Assembly (NCBI GenBank): GCA_946965045.2
Contig: OX337232.1
Coordinates: forward strand, 310,001 to 374,000
DNA length: 64,000 nucleotides
From: Epithemia pelagica
Taxonomy: Eukaryota > Protista > Bacillariophyta
Direction of reading: 5' to 3'
Part shown: positions 11,805 through 24,311 of the stretch, one piece after another
How the letters are laid out: the number at the start of each line of letters is the position of its first letter
How positions within the stretch are numbered: the first letter of the stretch is position 1
Translations under genes and position numbers: made by a program
Notes under the pieces: model-generated
Seen by the model: the letters and a program-made list of their open reading frames with translations, nothing else
The model's database searches: none
Told to the model about the DNA's origin: nothing

Positions 11805-13158
11805 TACACCTGTAGTAGTTGGAAGGCTGTCGAGAATGGTGAACCTAGCCAGCACACTCTCATGGATTCTGACTACCTACACATCTCTTGGGCACACCAC
11901 AAGAAGCAGTCCTTGTCCTCTATTCGAGAATCGCGGCAACGGGAATCCGGACCACACACACATGATGAGATGACGACATGGCAGGACATGCCCTAGCTAG
12001 GTAGAGTAGGGGTAGGTGCCGCAAACGGGGAATTCGACTGAGGGGGTCGAGTCGTTTGAGAAGAATGATCATTCTCGGTAGCTAGTAGACATATCTATGT
12101 TGTGCTTGGTTTTGAGGAGAGGGATACAACGCAGGACGGCGACGAGGCTCTCAACTCTCAACACACATGGGATATGTAGTATGTTGTTTCTTGTGTGAGA
12201 TCCCTCTCCAAACGACTTGAGAGCTCGGATGGCTCGACAAAGAAACAAAACAACTAAAAAATACAAAATACAATACTCCTCCTTTTGAGCGCGTCGGGCG
12301 AGAACGTACTCGTGTGAGACAAAGCTGGGCTCGTGGGACTGGATCGTGGGACTGGAGCATCTCCGGGGGACTCGATCTCCACTCCCAATGGATTTCAGGA
12401 TCACTATATGGGCTGACAAGATGATTCCGTATAGGGAAGTTCCTTACGATTATCTTGTCCGAAGTATCTAATAGATGCCCTGGACACCTGCGGGGTTCCC
12501 AAGGTTCGAAGGAGCACTTCCAATAAGTAATGAATGAGGCAGGTTTCTCCCTGGACATTTCATTGGTCCCCATGCCCAAGCCCCCAAGCCCCAGTTCAAA
12601 ATAATCGTGAAAGACCCATCGAGTATCGAGTCACAGACATTTGCACCCAATAAGCACGAAGGGGACGACCACAGTTGAATTTTGAATTTGGCGGTGACTC
12701 TACCGACCGAGATTTTTTTGGCTCGACTTCCCATCCTGGCCAATCTAAGATAAGGTCTTTTCGAACGATGATTATGTATGCAACGTGTCGCTTGACAAAA
12801 CTATGGATGGTTGTTTACCTTGGCGGTCGCACCATCGAGCTTTTGAAGTGTCGGAAAGAACCCGGCCTCAACAATCATAGCTCCAGTGCCAAAACAGGGA
12901 GCATACTTCTTTTCTTCAACGATATCTACATTCTACGAGCACTTAGTGTTATTGTAGTTATTGGTGGAGAGATTGTGAGTGAGGGTCTTTTTTTCCCTCT
13001 GTCTCCTGAGCGACACAACAACCACAACGACCAGAAGCATCACACACAAAAGACCCACCCCTGTAAGAGGCTCCTCTCCACCACACACCACCACATCTCG
13101 TCTCGTCTCTCTCTCTCTCTTGTCGATTGGTGCCGTCGTCTCTCTCTCGATCTCTCTC

Positions 13159-15713
13159 ATGGACGATTATCCCAAGGCATCCTTATCTTCCTTGTCCGAA
13201 GTGACACCTCCACAACCCTCTCGTACACCGACCACGAGCATTTTAAAGAACAACACCAACAACATGTCGTCGGCTCCCCACAACAGTCGTCGCATGATGG
13301 TCGATGTGGAAAGTTTGGACGATGAAGAAGACGAGGCCATTTTTGTCACGGAAAATGAAGTGCCCACCTCCAACTATGGTTCGCAACCACCATCACAGCA
13401 ACCACAGCAATCCCAACCACCCCCGTCCCTGTATCGTCCGCCCGTGCCCGAAGAAACGGCACCCTCTCGCAATAATCACCACCCCAAGTCCGTCGGCCGG
13501 TGGCGTGTCGGCCTTGCCAGTCATTTCGGCCAATTTCTTGTGTTGGGCCTTGTTGGGTCTCGTTTTGGCTGTTGTGTTGGGAACGACGGGCACAGCCCTC
13601 GGCATTTACAAAACGGTTTCCGATAGCAACGACAGTGGTGGTGGTTCGTGCGGAGCGTGTGGCAGCCTCGAGGACGCTGTGGATCCCACGACCCTCCATG
13701 ACAATTCGACCTTGTATCGCATTTTGAATCGAGGCTACTTGAATTGTGGCGTGGGACCCCTGGGAGCCCCGGGCTTTTTGTGGGAAACCTCACCCGGAAC
13801 CTTTGCCGGATTGGAAGTGGATGTCTGTACGGCCGTGGCGGCCGCCTTGTTTGGCAATGATAATTTGGAACGATCCACGGAGGAATTGAACCAAGATGAC
13901 TATACCGGCACGTCGCGGGTCCGATTGATTCCCATTCCTCCCGAACATCGATGGCAATACTTGCTGCATCATCCGGACGAACCAGAACATGGTGTCGATG
14001 TCTTGTTTCGATCGACGCATACCTTGGAACGCGATGTCTACGAACCGACGACGCAACACGGCTTTGAATTTTCCACCCCCTACGTGTGGGACAATCTCGT
14101 CGTGGGGGGCAGTCCCACCCACGTGGCCTGTGCCGAAGCCTTGGACTTTGAATTGGAGTGTGCAAATACCGTGATTTGTGTGACAGAAGGAACGACCCAT
14201 TAAACCATTTTGGAACAATTGGTTCCAGCAGAAAATTTGCAATTGGTCCAAGGCGATAGTGTCGATGGGTTACTCTCGCCCTTGACCTCGTGAAACGTGG
14301 TGGCCGGCGAACGCGGATTTCTCAATGCCAAATCCTTGCAGGCACGAGGCTACAGTACCAACGACTATATTCTCGGCAACAAGGTGTGGAGTAAGGAACC
14401 CACATGCCTCGTGACCCGCCAAGGCGATCCCACCTGGTCCGATTTTTGCGAATGGACCATTCAGGCCTTGATTTATGCCGAAGAACAGGGCATTACCAAA
14501 ACGACCGCCTCCTTTCAATTGGGCACGACATCCGTGTGGGATCCTGCCACGAACGATACGACCAGTCCGCGCTTTGCCGCCAATACCTTGGAGGACACCT
14601 TTCAGCATGCCGTGGCGGCCCGAGGCAATTATGGCGAAATTTACAATTTCAATTTGCAAAGTTTCATGCCCCGCACGGGCTTGAATCGCCTCAATCCAGG
14701 CGATTCCCCCATCATGTATGCCTTTCCCATGGGACAATTAATGAGTGAGGCCGTGGCACCCGAACTCGAAGTCCAATCGCCCACAGTCAAAGCCATCAAG
14801 GAACGAGGTTTTTTGAATTGTGGCATTAGTACCCGCAAAGGCTTTGCCGAATTTGATCGCACCACCAAGGTGTGGTCCGGCTTTGATGTCGATTTGTGTC
14901 GGGCCTTGTCGGCCGCCTTGTTTGATGGTGTCGATACCCGTGTCGTCTTTACCGATTTGCCGGCAGCGCAACGATTTCCGGTACTGGTCCAAGAACGGGT
15001 CGATGTCTTGTCGCGGTTAACCACCTTGACACTCAGTCGCGATGTCAAGGAACCTCAAACGGGTGTCGGCTTGAGTTTTGCCGCTCCCTATGTCTACGAT
15101 GGATTACCTTTGGCGGTGTCCCGCCCTTTGATGAATGTGCCGATCAACTCGATGTCATTTCGCCCGAATGTCAAGCCCTCAATGTGTGCTTGTTGCAAGG
15201 ACCACCATTTTGTCACGCGTCCAAGATTTGTTGCGCGACGACTATGTCAGTGCCAAATTAACCTTTAAGGAAGTGGTCGATGGCTTGAACGATGGAAGTT
15301 GCAATGCCATTGCCGGTGGCTTTCACGATGTCGCCGTGGAAACCATTCGCGAACGCGGCTATGCCGGCAATTACAGTGTCGGAGGCAAACGGCATTCCAA
15401 AGATCCCCTCGCCTTGACGACAACACAAGACGACCCGGCTTGGAGTGACTTTGTCCGCTGGATCTTTTGGAGTTTGGTCCATGCCGAAGAACGAGGCATT
15501 ACGCAAGAATCGTCCTTTGCCGACATGCCCCGTACCACGCAGTTTGGACCGCTGCGGACGGATGCCTTTTATTTGGCCGTCAATGCCGTGGGCAATTATG
15601 GAGAAGTGTACGAACGCAACTTTGGACAATTGATTCCTCGCAATGGCATGCATTTGCTCAATCTCGACGATGGACCCATGCTCTATGCCATGCCCGGGAT
15701 TCCGCGAAATTAA
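13159..15713 (+). pseudogene. Membrane-anchored tandem amino-acid-binding (AapJ/PBP2-like) protein, copy 1, disrupted
   Basis: TM segment FLCWALLGLVLAVVLG, then two PBP2 modules (RGYLNCGV...GLEVDVCTAVAAALF; RGFLNCGIS...GFDVDLCRALSAALF; SKEP/SKDPLAL...WSDF). Frameshifts near 13490, 15110 and 15200; TAA at 14201; TGA at 14291. Confidence 0.75.
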
Positions 15714-16136
15714 CGTTGGAAAAAAAACACAATCGAGTCATTTGCCTACTACTCTCAACAAAAAGTCGACCCACCACAAGGAGAAAACTGGGATCCTGAC
15801 TTTGTGTTTGTTGTTGTGGTTATTCATTGTATGTTGGGAACCCAAAACTGAATCCATAGCTTTCTATATATTATTAAAAAAAAACAATGGGGATTTCTAG
15901 TACGGTCTGCACAGGAAGCAAACTCCACAGTCTCTCGAGGATTGAAATCAAGCTACTTGGTCTCGTGAAGTGGTGTCTGAGTAATATATAATGCGTTTGG
16001 TCTATTCCCTTACTTCATGCTAAAAACTACACGATGGTACGTTTGACCTACGATCTTCAATCGAAGTCTTTTGGTTCCTTTACAGCGACATACAACAACA
16101 ATCATCAACTGGGAAATTTGACATTTTCTGTTGATC

Positions 16137-16739
16137 TCATTCAGGCTTTCCTACGTCTTCTGTGTTTTCATGTTCAAGACTTTTGGGAGAAGTTTCCTCG
16201 ACGGTCTCATCTTTCATTTCAACAAGGACAATGTCTTCATCAGGTGCTTCGGTGATGGGTATGTTACGAATGTTATCTTCAATCTTTTTCAGATCCTTTG
16301 GGGCTGAGATGACAAGGACGCCATTCTTGAGACTAGCACTGAACTTTTCAACATCGACGGATGGATCAACGGAGAAACTTTGAGAAAACTCGGACCGAAA
16401 GGAACTGCTTTCGTCGGAACTTGTAACAGCTCGACTTGCGCGAATGGATAAAATCGATCCATCGTCCTCAAAGTTCACCTGAATGTCTTCAGGCTTCACC
16501 CCAGGAACATCAATTGATAGCTGAAACTTTTCGTCAGTATCCGTGATTTCATAGCGAGGCGAAGTGTGAGTAAAAGCCTTTTGAAAAAGTGACTGTTGCT
16601 TTTGCAACAAGGCATGCTGTTTCGTCAACACCCGTGGACTCCAAACATCGAGTCCATAAAAGCGTGGTCCATAGCTCCAAGCGGCTGTCACTTGAGGTCC
16701 AAACGCTAGGCTAGCAATGGCAGGCAAGAAGAGCTTCAT
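16137..16739 (-). CDS. HSP20: Small heat shock protein (alpha-crystallin domain) with an N-terminal signal-like peptide
   Basis: PRYEITDTDEKFQLSIDVPGVKPEDIQV...FSQSFSVDPSVDVEKFSASLKNGVLVISAPK. Confidence 0.92.
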   Translation of the reverse strand: MKLFLPAIASLAFGPQVTAAWSYGPRFYGLDVWSPRVLTKQHALLQKQQSLFQKAFTHTSPRYEITDTDEKFQLSIDVPGVKPEDIQVNFEDDGSILSIRASRAVTSSDESSSFRSEFSQSFSVDPSVDVEKFSASLKNGVLVISAPKDLKKIEDNIRNIPITEAPDEDIVLVEMKDETVEETSPKSLEHENTEDVGKPE

Positions 16740-17407
16740 GGTTGTTTGACTTTCGTTGCTCGTTTACAGATATTAGATGTCGAATTTGAGAAATTATGAG
16801 AACGCCCAACATTGCGAAGACACCCCCAGAGGATGTCTCACCATTCCCATTCAGACGCTCGATCGGACACGACTGGTTGATCGATGATGCTCTTTCACCC
16901 TCTATGGAGGTCGACAGCCTTCGCCATTTCATCCATACCACGCGTCACCGTGCCAGCCTTCGCCTGCCGTGCCGTCCGTCGTACGTCAGTGTCGAGAGTG
17001 GGGTGCTTGGGGTCGTTGTGGGGTGGGTGGTGGGTGCGCGTGGAGTATTTCTTTGTAAGGTTAGCATGAATCACGATCAACCTGGACTCACCCTTCTAAT
17101 TGTCCCCCAAATTTAAATTTGGCCCCTTGGAGTCCGCGCCGGCCGAACCGACACGTGTGCAAGACCAAACGGACCCCAAGCATTCTCACATTTTGAACCT
17201 CGATTTTCGTCCGTGACATGCTATTACCATAAACAACAGGACAGGCTTTTGCTCGACATTGCTCCAGTGCGTTGACTCTCTCTTTCACTTGGTGGGATTC
17301 TTTTTGACACAACGAGAAAAGGTGGAGTGAAGCGATTTCGCTGTTTCACTGCGCATTACGTTTGTGCATCGTCAACACGAGCGCGACAACACAAAAAGCG
17401 CATCAGG

Positions 17408-19056
17408 ATGAACACAAAAAACCTTGGTGGTGCAACCTCCTTAGGGAGCATGCTCATCCTTGCAGCACTTTTGAGTCATCTTGTAGCACTTGCCAATGCT
17501 GAAGACAACTCAACATGTACCCTTTGCCCTCCAGGAGAGGAAGTGACTCTCCCAAATGAAGTTGTCACAATTGATTTGGGCCCAATGGGCAATTTGCGGC
17601 AAACTTGTTCCTCCTTTGAAACTATCATTACCCAACAACAAGGAGAATGTCTCACTGTTTCATCGAGCATTCAAGACGACTGTGGGTGTCTTCCATTCTC
17701 CAGCTATCCTTCAGTATCTCCCAGTTCGTTTTCGGAGTCTCCCTCGTTTGTCGCTCCGTCGTCGATCTGCGGTTGTCAGCCCTCGCAATACGTGTTTCAG
17801 TTGAATTTTTCCTCTCCCTGTGCACTGGATGCATTTGAATCAGAGGGCATTGAAGCACAAGGCTGCCGAATCGATACGGATGCGACGGATACTACCTATG
17901 CGTCTGTTCAAACTGTTTATATTTTCGAGCAAGACCAACTTGGGTCAGAAGCTGCATTTCGACTCGCTATTGGAAACTTTACGGATGGAGCTGAGTTTTC
18001 GTTCCTGTCAGCCATGCTCGTCAACCCCGATGTTTCGAATCCCCCCAAGACGCTCGGAGTGATACTTCGAGGCATCAACAGCCAACAGGAACCGATTACA
18101 TCACGATGGAGCGTTACATTCACCAATGAGTGCCATGTGTTTCCTGTAATCAGAGGTGGCGAAGAAACTCTGAATACCATGATTGTAAGTAGTTCAAGCT
18201 ATACAACGTCGACCCGACTTGCCCGTTCTAGAACCTCACGCGCCTCTTTTTCTGTTAATAATAATGTCTGACGACAACAGATTGAAACACGCGATCCACC
18301 CCCTGAATTTTGTCCTCTTGTACCGACCGATCTTCCATCGTCCGAGCCGTCAATTGCTCCAGTTTCTGTGCCATCACCTCCTCCAGTTCCCGTGCCGACA
18401 CCTCCTCCCGTTTCTGTGCCAACACCACCCACTGTAGTTGCTCCAACTTGTGCTCCGATGACGGGCAAAAAGACAAAACCACCCAAATCGCTCAAAGCCA
18501 CCAAGGATTCGAAGGAAGACCAAGACTCGAAGGGAGATAAGGCCGCGAAGGATGACAAAAGCAAAGGTAAGAGACGTGATGTGACGTCGCTTTTTGGTTG
18601 TTTCGGATATACGAGAACTCATCACTGGTCCATGTACATTCCCTGTAACAAAACAGGCAAAGGCTATTACAGAATGCTCCAGGAAATGGACTTGGATTCA
18701 ACTCGAATCGTCAACCAGGGAGAAAATACTCGCAGCTTGAACGTGAAGCCAACTATTGAGCCTACGCTGTGTCCTGAGGACGAGGAGGAACATGAAGACG
18801 ATGATGATTACGAAAACTACGACGACGACTACGGAAAAGGCGGCACTGGAAAGAAGGGAAGGGGCGAAAAGGATGACGATGACAAGAGTGGCAAGAAGGA
18901 CAAGACCCACCAAAAGAAGGAAAAGGGCGAAAAGAATGACGATGACAGGAGTGGCAAGAAGGACAAGATCTACCAAAAGAAGGACAAGAGCGGAAAGGAT
19001 GAGGATGACAAGACTGGTAAGAAGGACAAAACCTACCAAAAGAAAGACAAGAAGGA
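17408..19056 (+). CDS. Secreted Cys-domain / Pro-rich / Lys-Asp-rich protein; introns 18185-18280 and 18567-18656; reads in frame into the binding-protein copy 2
   Basis: Signal-like MLILAALLSHLVALANA; CGCQPSQYVFQLNF...FTNEC domain; PSPPPVPVPTPPP stalk; KSGKKDK repeats. Both GT-AG introns preserve the frame. Confidence 0.7.
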
Positions 19057-20923
19057 CGATAGCAATAACAGTGGCAATGGATGCTGTGGAACGTGTTGCA
19101 GCGTCGAAGATGCGGTCGATCCCACGACACGCAATGACAATTCGACCTTGTATCGTATTTTGAATCGGGGCTACTTGAATTGTGGGGTGGGACCCCTGGG
19201 AGCCCCGGGCTTTTTGTGGGAAACCTCCCCGGGATCCTTTGCCGGATTGGAAGTTGATGTTTGTACGGCCGTGGCGGCCGCTTTGTTTGGCTATAATAAT
19301 TTGGAACGATCCACTGAGGAATTGAACCAAGATGACTATACCGGTACGTCGCGGGTCCGATTGATTCCCATTCCACCGGAACTTCGATGGCAGTACTTGC
19401 TCCATCATCCCGAGGAAGAACATGGTGTCGATGTCTTGTTTCGATCGACGCATACCTTGGAACGCGATGTCTACGAACCCACGACGCGTCAGGGCTTTGA
19501 ATTTCCACCCCCTACGTCTGGGACAATTTGGTCGTTGGGGGCAGTCCCACCCACGTGGCCTGTGCCGAAGCCTTGGACTTTGAATCCTCGTCCGACTGTG
19601 TGAATACCGTGATTTGTGTTACAGAAGGAACGACCCATCAAACCATTTTGGAACAGTTGGTTCCACCCGAAAATTTGCAATTGGTCCAAGGCGACAGTGT
19701 CGATGGGTTACTATCACCCGTGACCTCGTGAAACGTGGTCGCCGGGGAACGAGGCTTTTTAAATGCAATATCCTTGCAAGCGCGCGGTTACAGTACCAAC
19801 GACTATATTCTGGGCACACAGGTGTGGAGTAAGGAACCCACTTGCCTCGTGACCCGCCAAGGCGATCCGACCTGGTCCGATTTTTGTGAATGGACCATTC
19901 AAGCCTTGATTTACGCCGAAGAACAAGGCATTACCAAAACGACCGCCTCCTTTCAATTGGGCACGACATCCGTGTGGGATCCTGCCACGAACGATACGAC
20001 CAGTCCCCGCTTTGCCGCCAACCAATTAGAGTCCACGTTCCAACATGCCGTGGCGGCCCGGGGCAATTATGGCGAAATTTACAATTTCAATTTGCAAAGT
20101 TTCATGCCTCGCACCGGCTTGAATCGCCTCAATCCGGGCGATTCTCCAATCATGTATGCCTTTCCCATGGGACAATTAATGAGTGACGTCGTGGCGCCAG
20201 AACTCGAAGTCCAATCGCCGACCGTGAAAGCCATTAAAGAACGTGGCTTTTTGAATTGTGGCATTAGTACCAGCAAAGGCTTTGCCGAATTTGATCGCAG
20301 GATGAAGGAGTGGTCGGGCTTTGATGTGGATTTGTGTCGGGCCTTGTCGGCTGCCTTGTTCGATGGCGTCGATACCCGTGTCGTCTTTACCGTTTTGCCC
20401 GCGGCCCAACAATTTCCGGTACTGGTTCAAGAACGGGTGGATGTCTTGTCAGGGTTAACCACCTTGACGCTCAGTCGCGATGTTAAGGAACCCCGATGGG
20501 AGTTGCAATGCCATTGCCGGTGGCTTTCACGATGTCGCCGTGGAAACCATTCGCGAACGCGGTTATGCCGGCGCTTACAGTGTCGGTAGCAAACGTCATA
20601 CCAAAGATCCTCTAGCCTTGATAACCAAACAAGACGACCCGGCTTGGAGTGACTTTGTCCGCTGGATCTTTTGGAGTTTGGTCCATGCCGAAGAACGAGG
20701 CATTACCCAAGAATCCTCCTTTGCCGACATGCCCCGTACCACACAGTTTGGACCGCTGCGGACGGATGCCTTTTATTTGGCCGTCAATGCCGTGGGCAAT
20801 TATGGAGAAGTGTACGAACGCAACTTTGAACAATTGATTCCCCGGAATGGCATGCATTTGCTCAATCTCAATGACGGACCCATGCTCTATGCCATGCCGG
20901 GGATTCCACGAAATTTACGTTGA
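19057..20923 (+). pseudogene. AapJ/PBP2-like binding protein, copy 2, disrupted
   Basis: Homologous to 13622-15713. It has a -1 frameshift in a T run near 19505, TGA at 19729, and a roughly 250-bp deletion near 20490 (KEP joined to DGSCNA). Confidence 0.75.
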
Positions 20924-21749
20924 AAAAACAACAACAATCGAGTCATTTGCCTACTACTTTCAACAAAAAGTCGACCCACAAGGAGACACCAAAAAACAAT
21001 GGGGATTTCTACGATCTGAAAAACGGTTCTTCCTAGTACAATCCATTGCGACTCTTTAAGGTACGACAGTTTCATTAACAAGGGCACAATCTTGACACAT
21101 CCATTGTAAGTCTCGGATTGAGTGTGTGAATTATTCGTCACGCATTCTATGTTCTACGTGTGCTAGTAACACACCCTCCATAGTCCATAGAGTCCATAAT
21201 CGGCCGTTCCTCGTTGTCGTCCTTGTGGTTGTGGTTGAATAGTCCTAAATTTGATACGTTCTAACAAGGACGTTATGTCATGTAGCTCATGGTTGGCGCA
21301 GGATCATGGTTGATAAACAGACAGATGTTTAGACTCTTGACACATTGTCGATTGCGTCATGTTGTACTACCTTCGATAAATCATTCGGAAGCAGTGATGC
21401 AAGAAGATGCGCAAAGAAGAATAAAGTGCGTGGGCTGTGGGCTTCCTACCCCCAAGCACGGGCGTGTGGTCGGGTTGCATGTTTGTCTTTCCAACCACTC
21501 AATCGCACTAATCCTCATGACTCACCACCGCTGGGGATTGTGGGCTTCCCCTTCCATTTTCAGTCGCTGATTCTCGCTGGGAAAAGATCTCGGGTAAGAT
21601 TCGCCAGTTATTCTACCCTGCTCTATCGTGCTCTTCCATGTTCCTGAAGAATACTGTGTACTCCTAGGTCGTTGGAGTAGAGGTCTCACAAAACCAAAAT
21701 CACAACAATCGAACTTTGACCTGTTCGTCAAACCAAGTACATCATCACA

Positions 21750-22424
21750 ATGCCATCATCTGTTTCATTCAAGTACCTTGATTTGGGTCACATTGGTGGC
21801 CGGGGAGGAACTCTACGCTTCTTTTTGCTCGCCAATGGCATTCCCTATCAAGAAGAGTTGTACCAATACAAGGATTCTGTATGGGGTGTCGAAAAGAAAC
21901 GACTGGTCGAGTCTGGTGAGAATCCCTGTGGGACAGTTCCAGTTGCCTATAGAGAGGATGGTCAGCATTTGAGCCAGCACATTGCTATGGCTCGGTACTT
22001 TGCCCGTACCAACCAGTTGGATTCGGGAGATGCCTGGAAGGATTATGTCCAAGATGTCATTGCCGATGAATATCAGGGATTCCGCAATATCTGGGTCGAA
22101 AAGTCTTTTGCAAGCACGGAGGAGCAAAAGGCGGAATATGTCTCCAAGACTGTACCCGAGCTATTAACCAAGTTTGAGGCCCTGTACAAAAAATACAAGA
22201 CAACGGGCAACGATCAAGCATATTTGAGCACCAGCCCATCCGGCTCTCCCTTGTGGGGAGATACAGCCATGTTTAGTGTTTTGTACGATCACATTCAATT
22301 GGGTCACTTTACGGAAGAAACGTTAACGTCCTCGTACCCGCACTTGTCCGCCTTGTACAAAGTATTCATGGCCATTCCAGCTGTCGCAGAATGGATCCAA
22401 CGCAAAACACCATCTACAAACTAA
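21750..22424 (+). CDS. GST: Glutathione S-transferase, sigma-like, full length
   Basis: FKYLDL...GRGGTLRFFLLANGIPYQE...NPCGTVPV...LSQHIAMARYFAR...LWGD...YPHLSALYK...IPAVAEWI. Confidence 0.85.
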   Translation: MPSSVSFKYLDLGHIGGRGGTLRFFLLANGIPYQEELYQYKDSVWGVEKKRLVESGENPCGTVPVAYREDGQHLSQHIAMARYFARTNQLDSGDAWKDYVQDVIADEYQGFRNIWVEKSFASTEEQKAEYVSKTVPELLTKFEALYKKYKTTGNDQAYLSTSPSGSPLWGDTAMFSVLYDHIQLGHFTEETLTSSYPHLSALYKVFMAIPAVAEWIQRKTPSTN

Positions 22425-23111
22425 GATGAAATGTTTATAGAGAGAATAAATAATGAATCGTCTGATTCATTGTAGAAATAAACAAATAAAATAGCATTAC
22501 TGAGACTGTCTCGAGGGCGTAGGAGTCGAGAGATTATCCAATGGCCCTATGTAGTAGTCTTGAGAGTGAATATCAGTGCCGTCACATATTCGTTGTTGGC
22601 ATCCAAATGCGGACTCCATCATATATATTTCATGCAAGCTACTACCAAAGTTCGAACTCCCAACAACAACATACAATGGATCGAGGGAGGTTGGATTGGG
22701 TTGGAACCCCAAATGGAATCCCTCGTAGCTTTCTGTAGTATAGTTTTAAACTAAACCAATGGGGATTTCTACGGTCTTTATAACGATTCGTTCTAGTAGC
22801 AAGCGATCCCACAATTAGAACCAGCCGACCATGCTCACAGTGATCAATTCATGATGGTGCTGTTGCCCCCCTGGTTGTGCTTGTTGTTGCCGCAACAAGG
22901 TGGATGTCAGGTCCCATTCACACGATACTGGGAAGAGATTGCCATTCGCTTCTTCTTGTGCACCCAACAAAGTCCTATGCTTCAATTCTTTGCACTAATC
23001 GTTATATCTCTTCTATTTTATTCAGTTGGAGGCCAATGCGTCTATTCCCATAGTTTCCCGTCGTACGTCCCAAAACCCCATTTGTTCTGCCATGGTCTCG
23101 ACGTAGGACTT

Positions 23112-23765
23112 TTACGTCAGCCAAGGCAAAGAGCTTCCCTGTTCGGCCGCCGTCTGCTTCTTGAGCCAAGCTACAGCCCCATCGTTCAATGGATTAGTGC
23201 GTTGATTGGTACTCATAGACAGGCTTTTAGGAGTTACACCTTTCTTTGCATCAATCAATGCTTGGATATCATGTTTTTTCTTTTCGGTATTGGTCTCAAG
23301 TTTCTTGAGTTCCAGTTGAAAGATTTCTTCGCTTTCTTTCAAGCTGGTTTGAAAGATTTCTTCTCTTTCTTTCAGTTCCAATTGAAAGATTCGGTCCTCC
23401 ATGCGCATAGTTCGGTCTTCCATGCGCATAGCATCCATCTTAATGTTTGCCATATATGCAATGCCCAAAGGTACAACTGCAGAAATTGCAACAGAAATCG
23501 CAGCAATCGTATTTGCCGTGCCAGCTTTGTCAACAGACTGTTGGGCTGCCTCGACAGTCGCCACTTGGAGCTCTTCGGCGTTCATATCGGACGGCTGTTT
23601 CGGATCTTTGTCAGAGTTCTCAGAGTTCGTACTACAAAGACAGAAGTTTTTGTAAGAAATCTGGGCCCTCAAAGGACGGGTCGGCGAGAATGCCACCGTC
23701 GCTTTTACAGAAAGAAGCACGGCAATCAGCAAGCTTCCCAACAAGCAACACCATTTGTCTCTCAT
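23112..23765 (-). CDS. Gene X copy 1: putative plastid-targeted protein with a TM helix and coiled coil
   Basis: MRDKWCCLLGSLLIAVLLSVKATVA-FSP (ASAFAP-like); TM TIAAISVAISAVVPLGIAYM; heptad-like E/K-rich region. Confidence 0.7.
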   Translation of the reverse strand: MRDKWCCLLGSLLIAVLLSVKATVAFSPTRPLRAQISYKNFCLCSTNSENSDKDPKQPSDMNAEELQVATVEAAQQSVDKAGTANTIAAISVAISAVVPLGIAYMANIKMDAMRMEDRTMRMEDRIFQLELKEREEIFQTSLKESEEIFQLELKKLETNTEKKKHDIQALIDAKKGVTPKSLSMSTNQRTNPLNDGAVAWLKKQTAAEQGSSLPWLT

Positions 23766-24311
23766 TTTGCTAAAGAAGGGACACAAACAATTCAATTGAT
23801 CAGAATTTCTTTTTTAATTTGCACCGCTATTCTCGGCAACAGACGTTAATCTCAAGAAATGGCGACAACAACGGTGGGTTGAAAGAGAGAAGAGAGACTC
23901 AGAGCTCAGAGGATTGTCGGTGGAAATCGCCACGTCAGTGTGTTCGAGCTGAACAACTCGTATTTTTGCGCGACCAAGAACTAGTCGAGATAAGCCCCTT
24001 TCTGGGAGGCACACTTCCTATTGGTTGGAGAGATTGGAGATGGTCTGACTCAGCGTCAGGTTTGAGGGAAGGTAGGTGGTGGGGGTGCTAGTGGTAGGAG
24101 GTAGGTCAAAATGTCCCCGTGGGAATGATCCCATCTACCTCCCTGGTCCCCGTCTATAAAAATCGTGACAGGAACCGGTCTAATAGGTTTACGGTTTACA
24201 TGCGTGTGAAGTGTCTCCTGTCCCCGTGGGAGAACCAACTGCCAGGTTAGATAGACTCCCATGTATTCCCGTGCACGGGAATAGGGCACGATATTGTCTA
24301 GGAGTACTTCT

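Noticed and set aside
12000-12950. Short ORFs between the MITE and the AapJ-like gene
   Set aside because: They have no motifs or paralog support and are treated as intergenic.
16740-17100. Heat-shock element upstream of HSP20
   Set aside because: Only degenerate GAA/TTC arrangements are present, with no three-unit HSE.
22851-23849. 332-aa plus-strand ORF (and its array copies)
   Set aside because: It is an antisense shadow of gene X with no recognisable features, and it is not preserved in copies 4 and 5.
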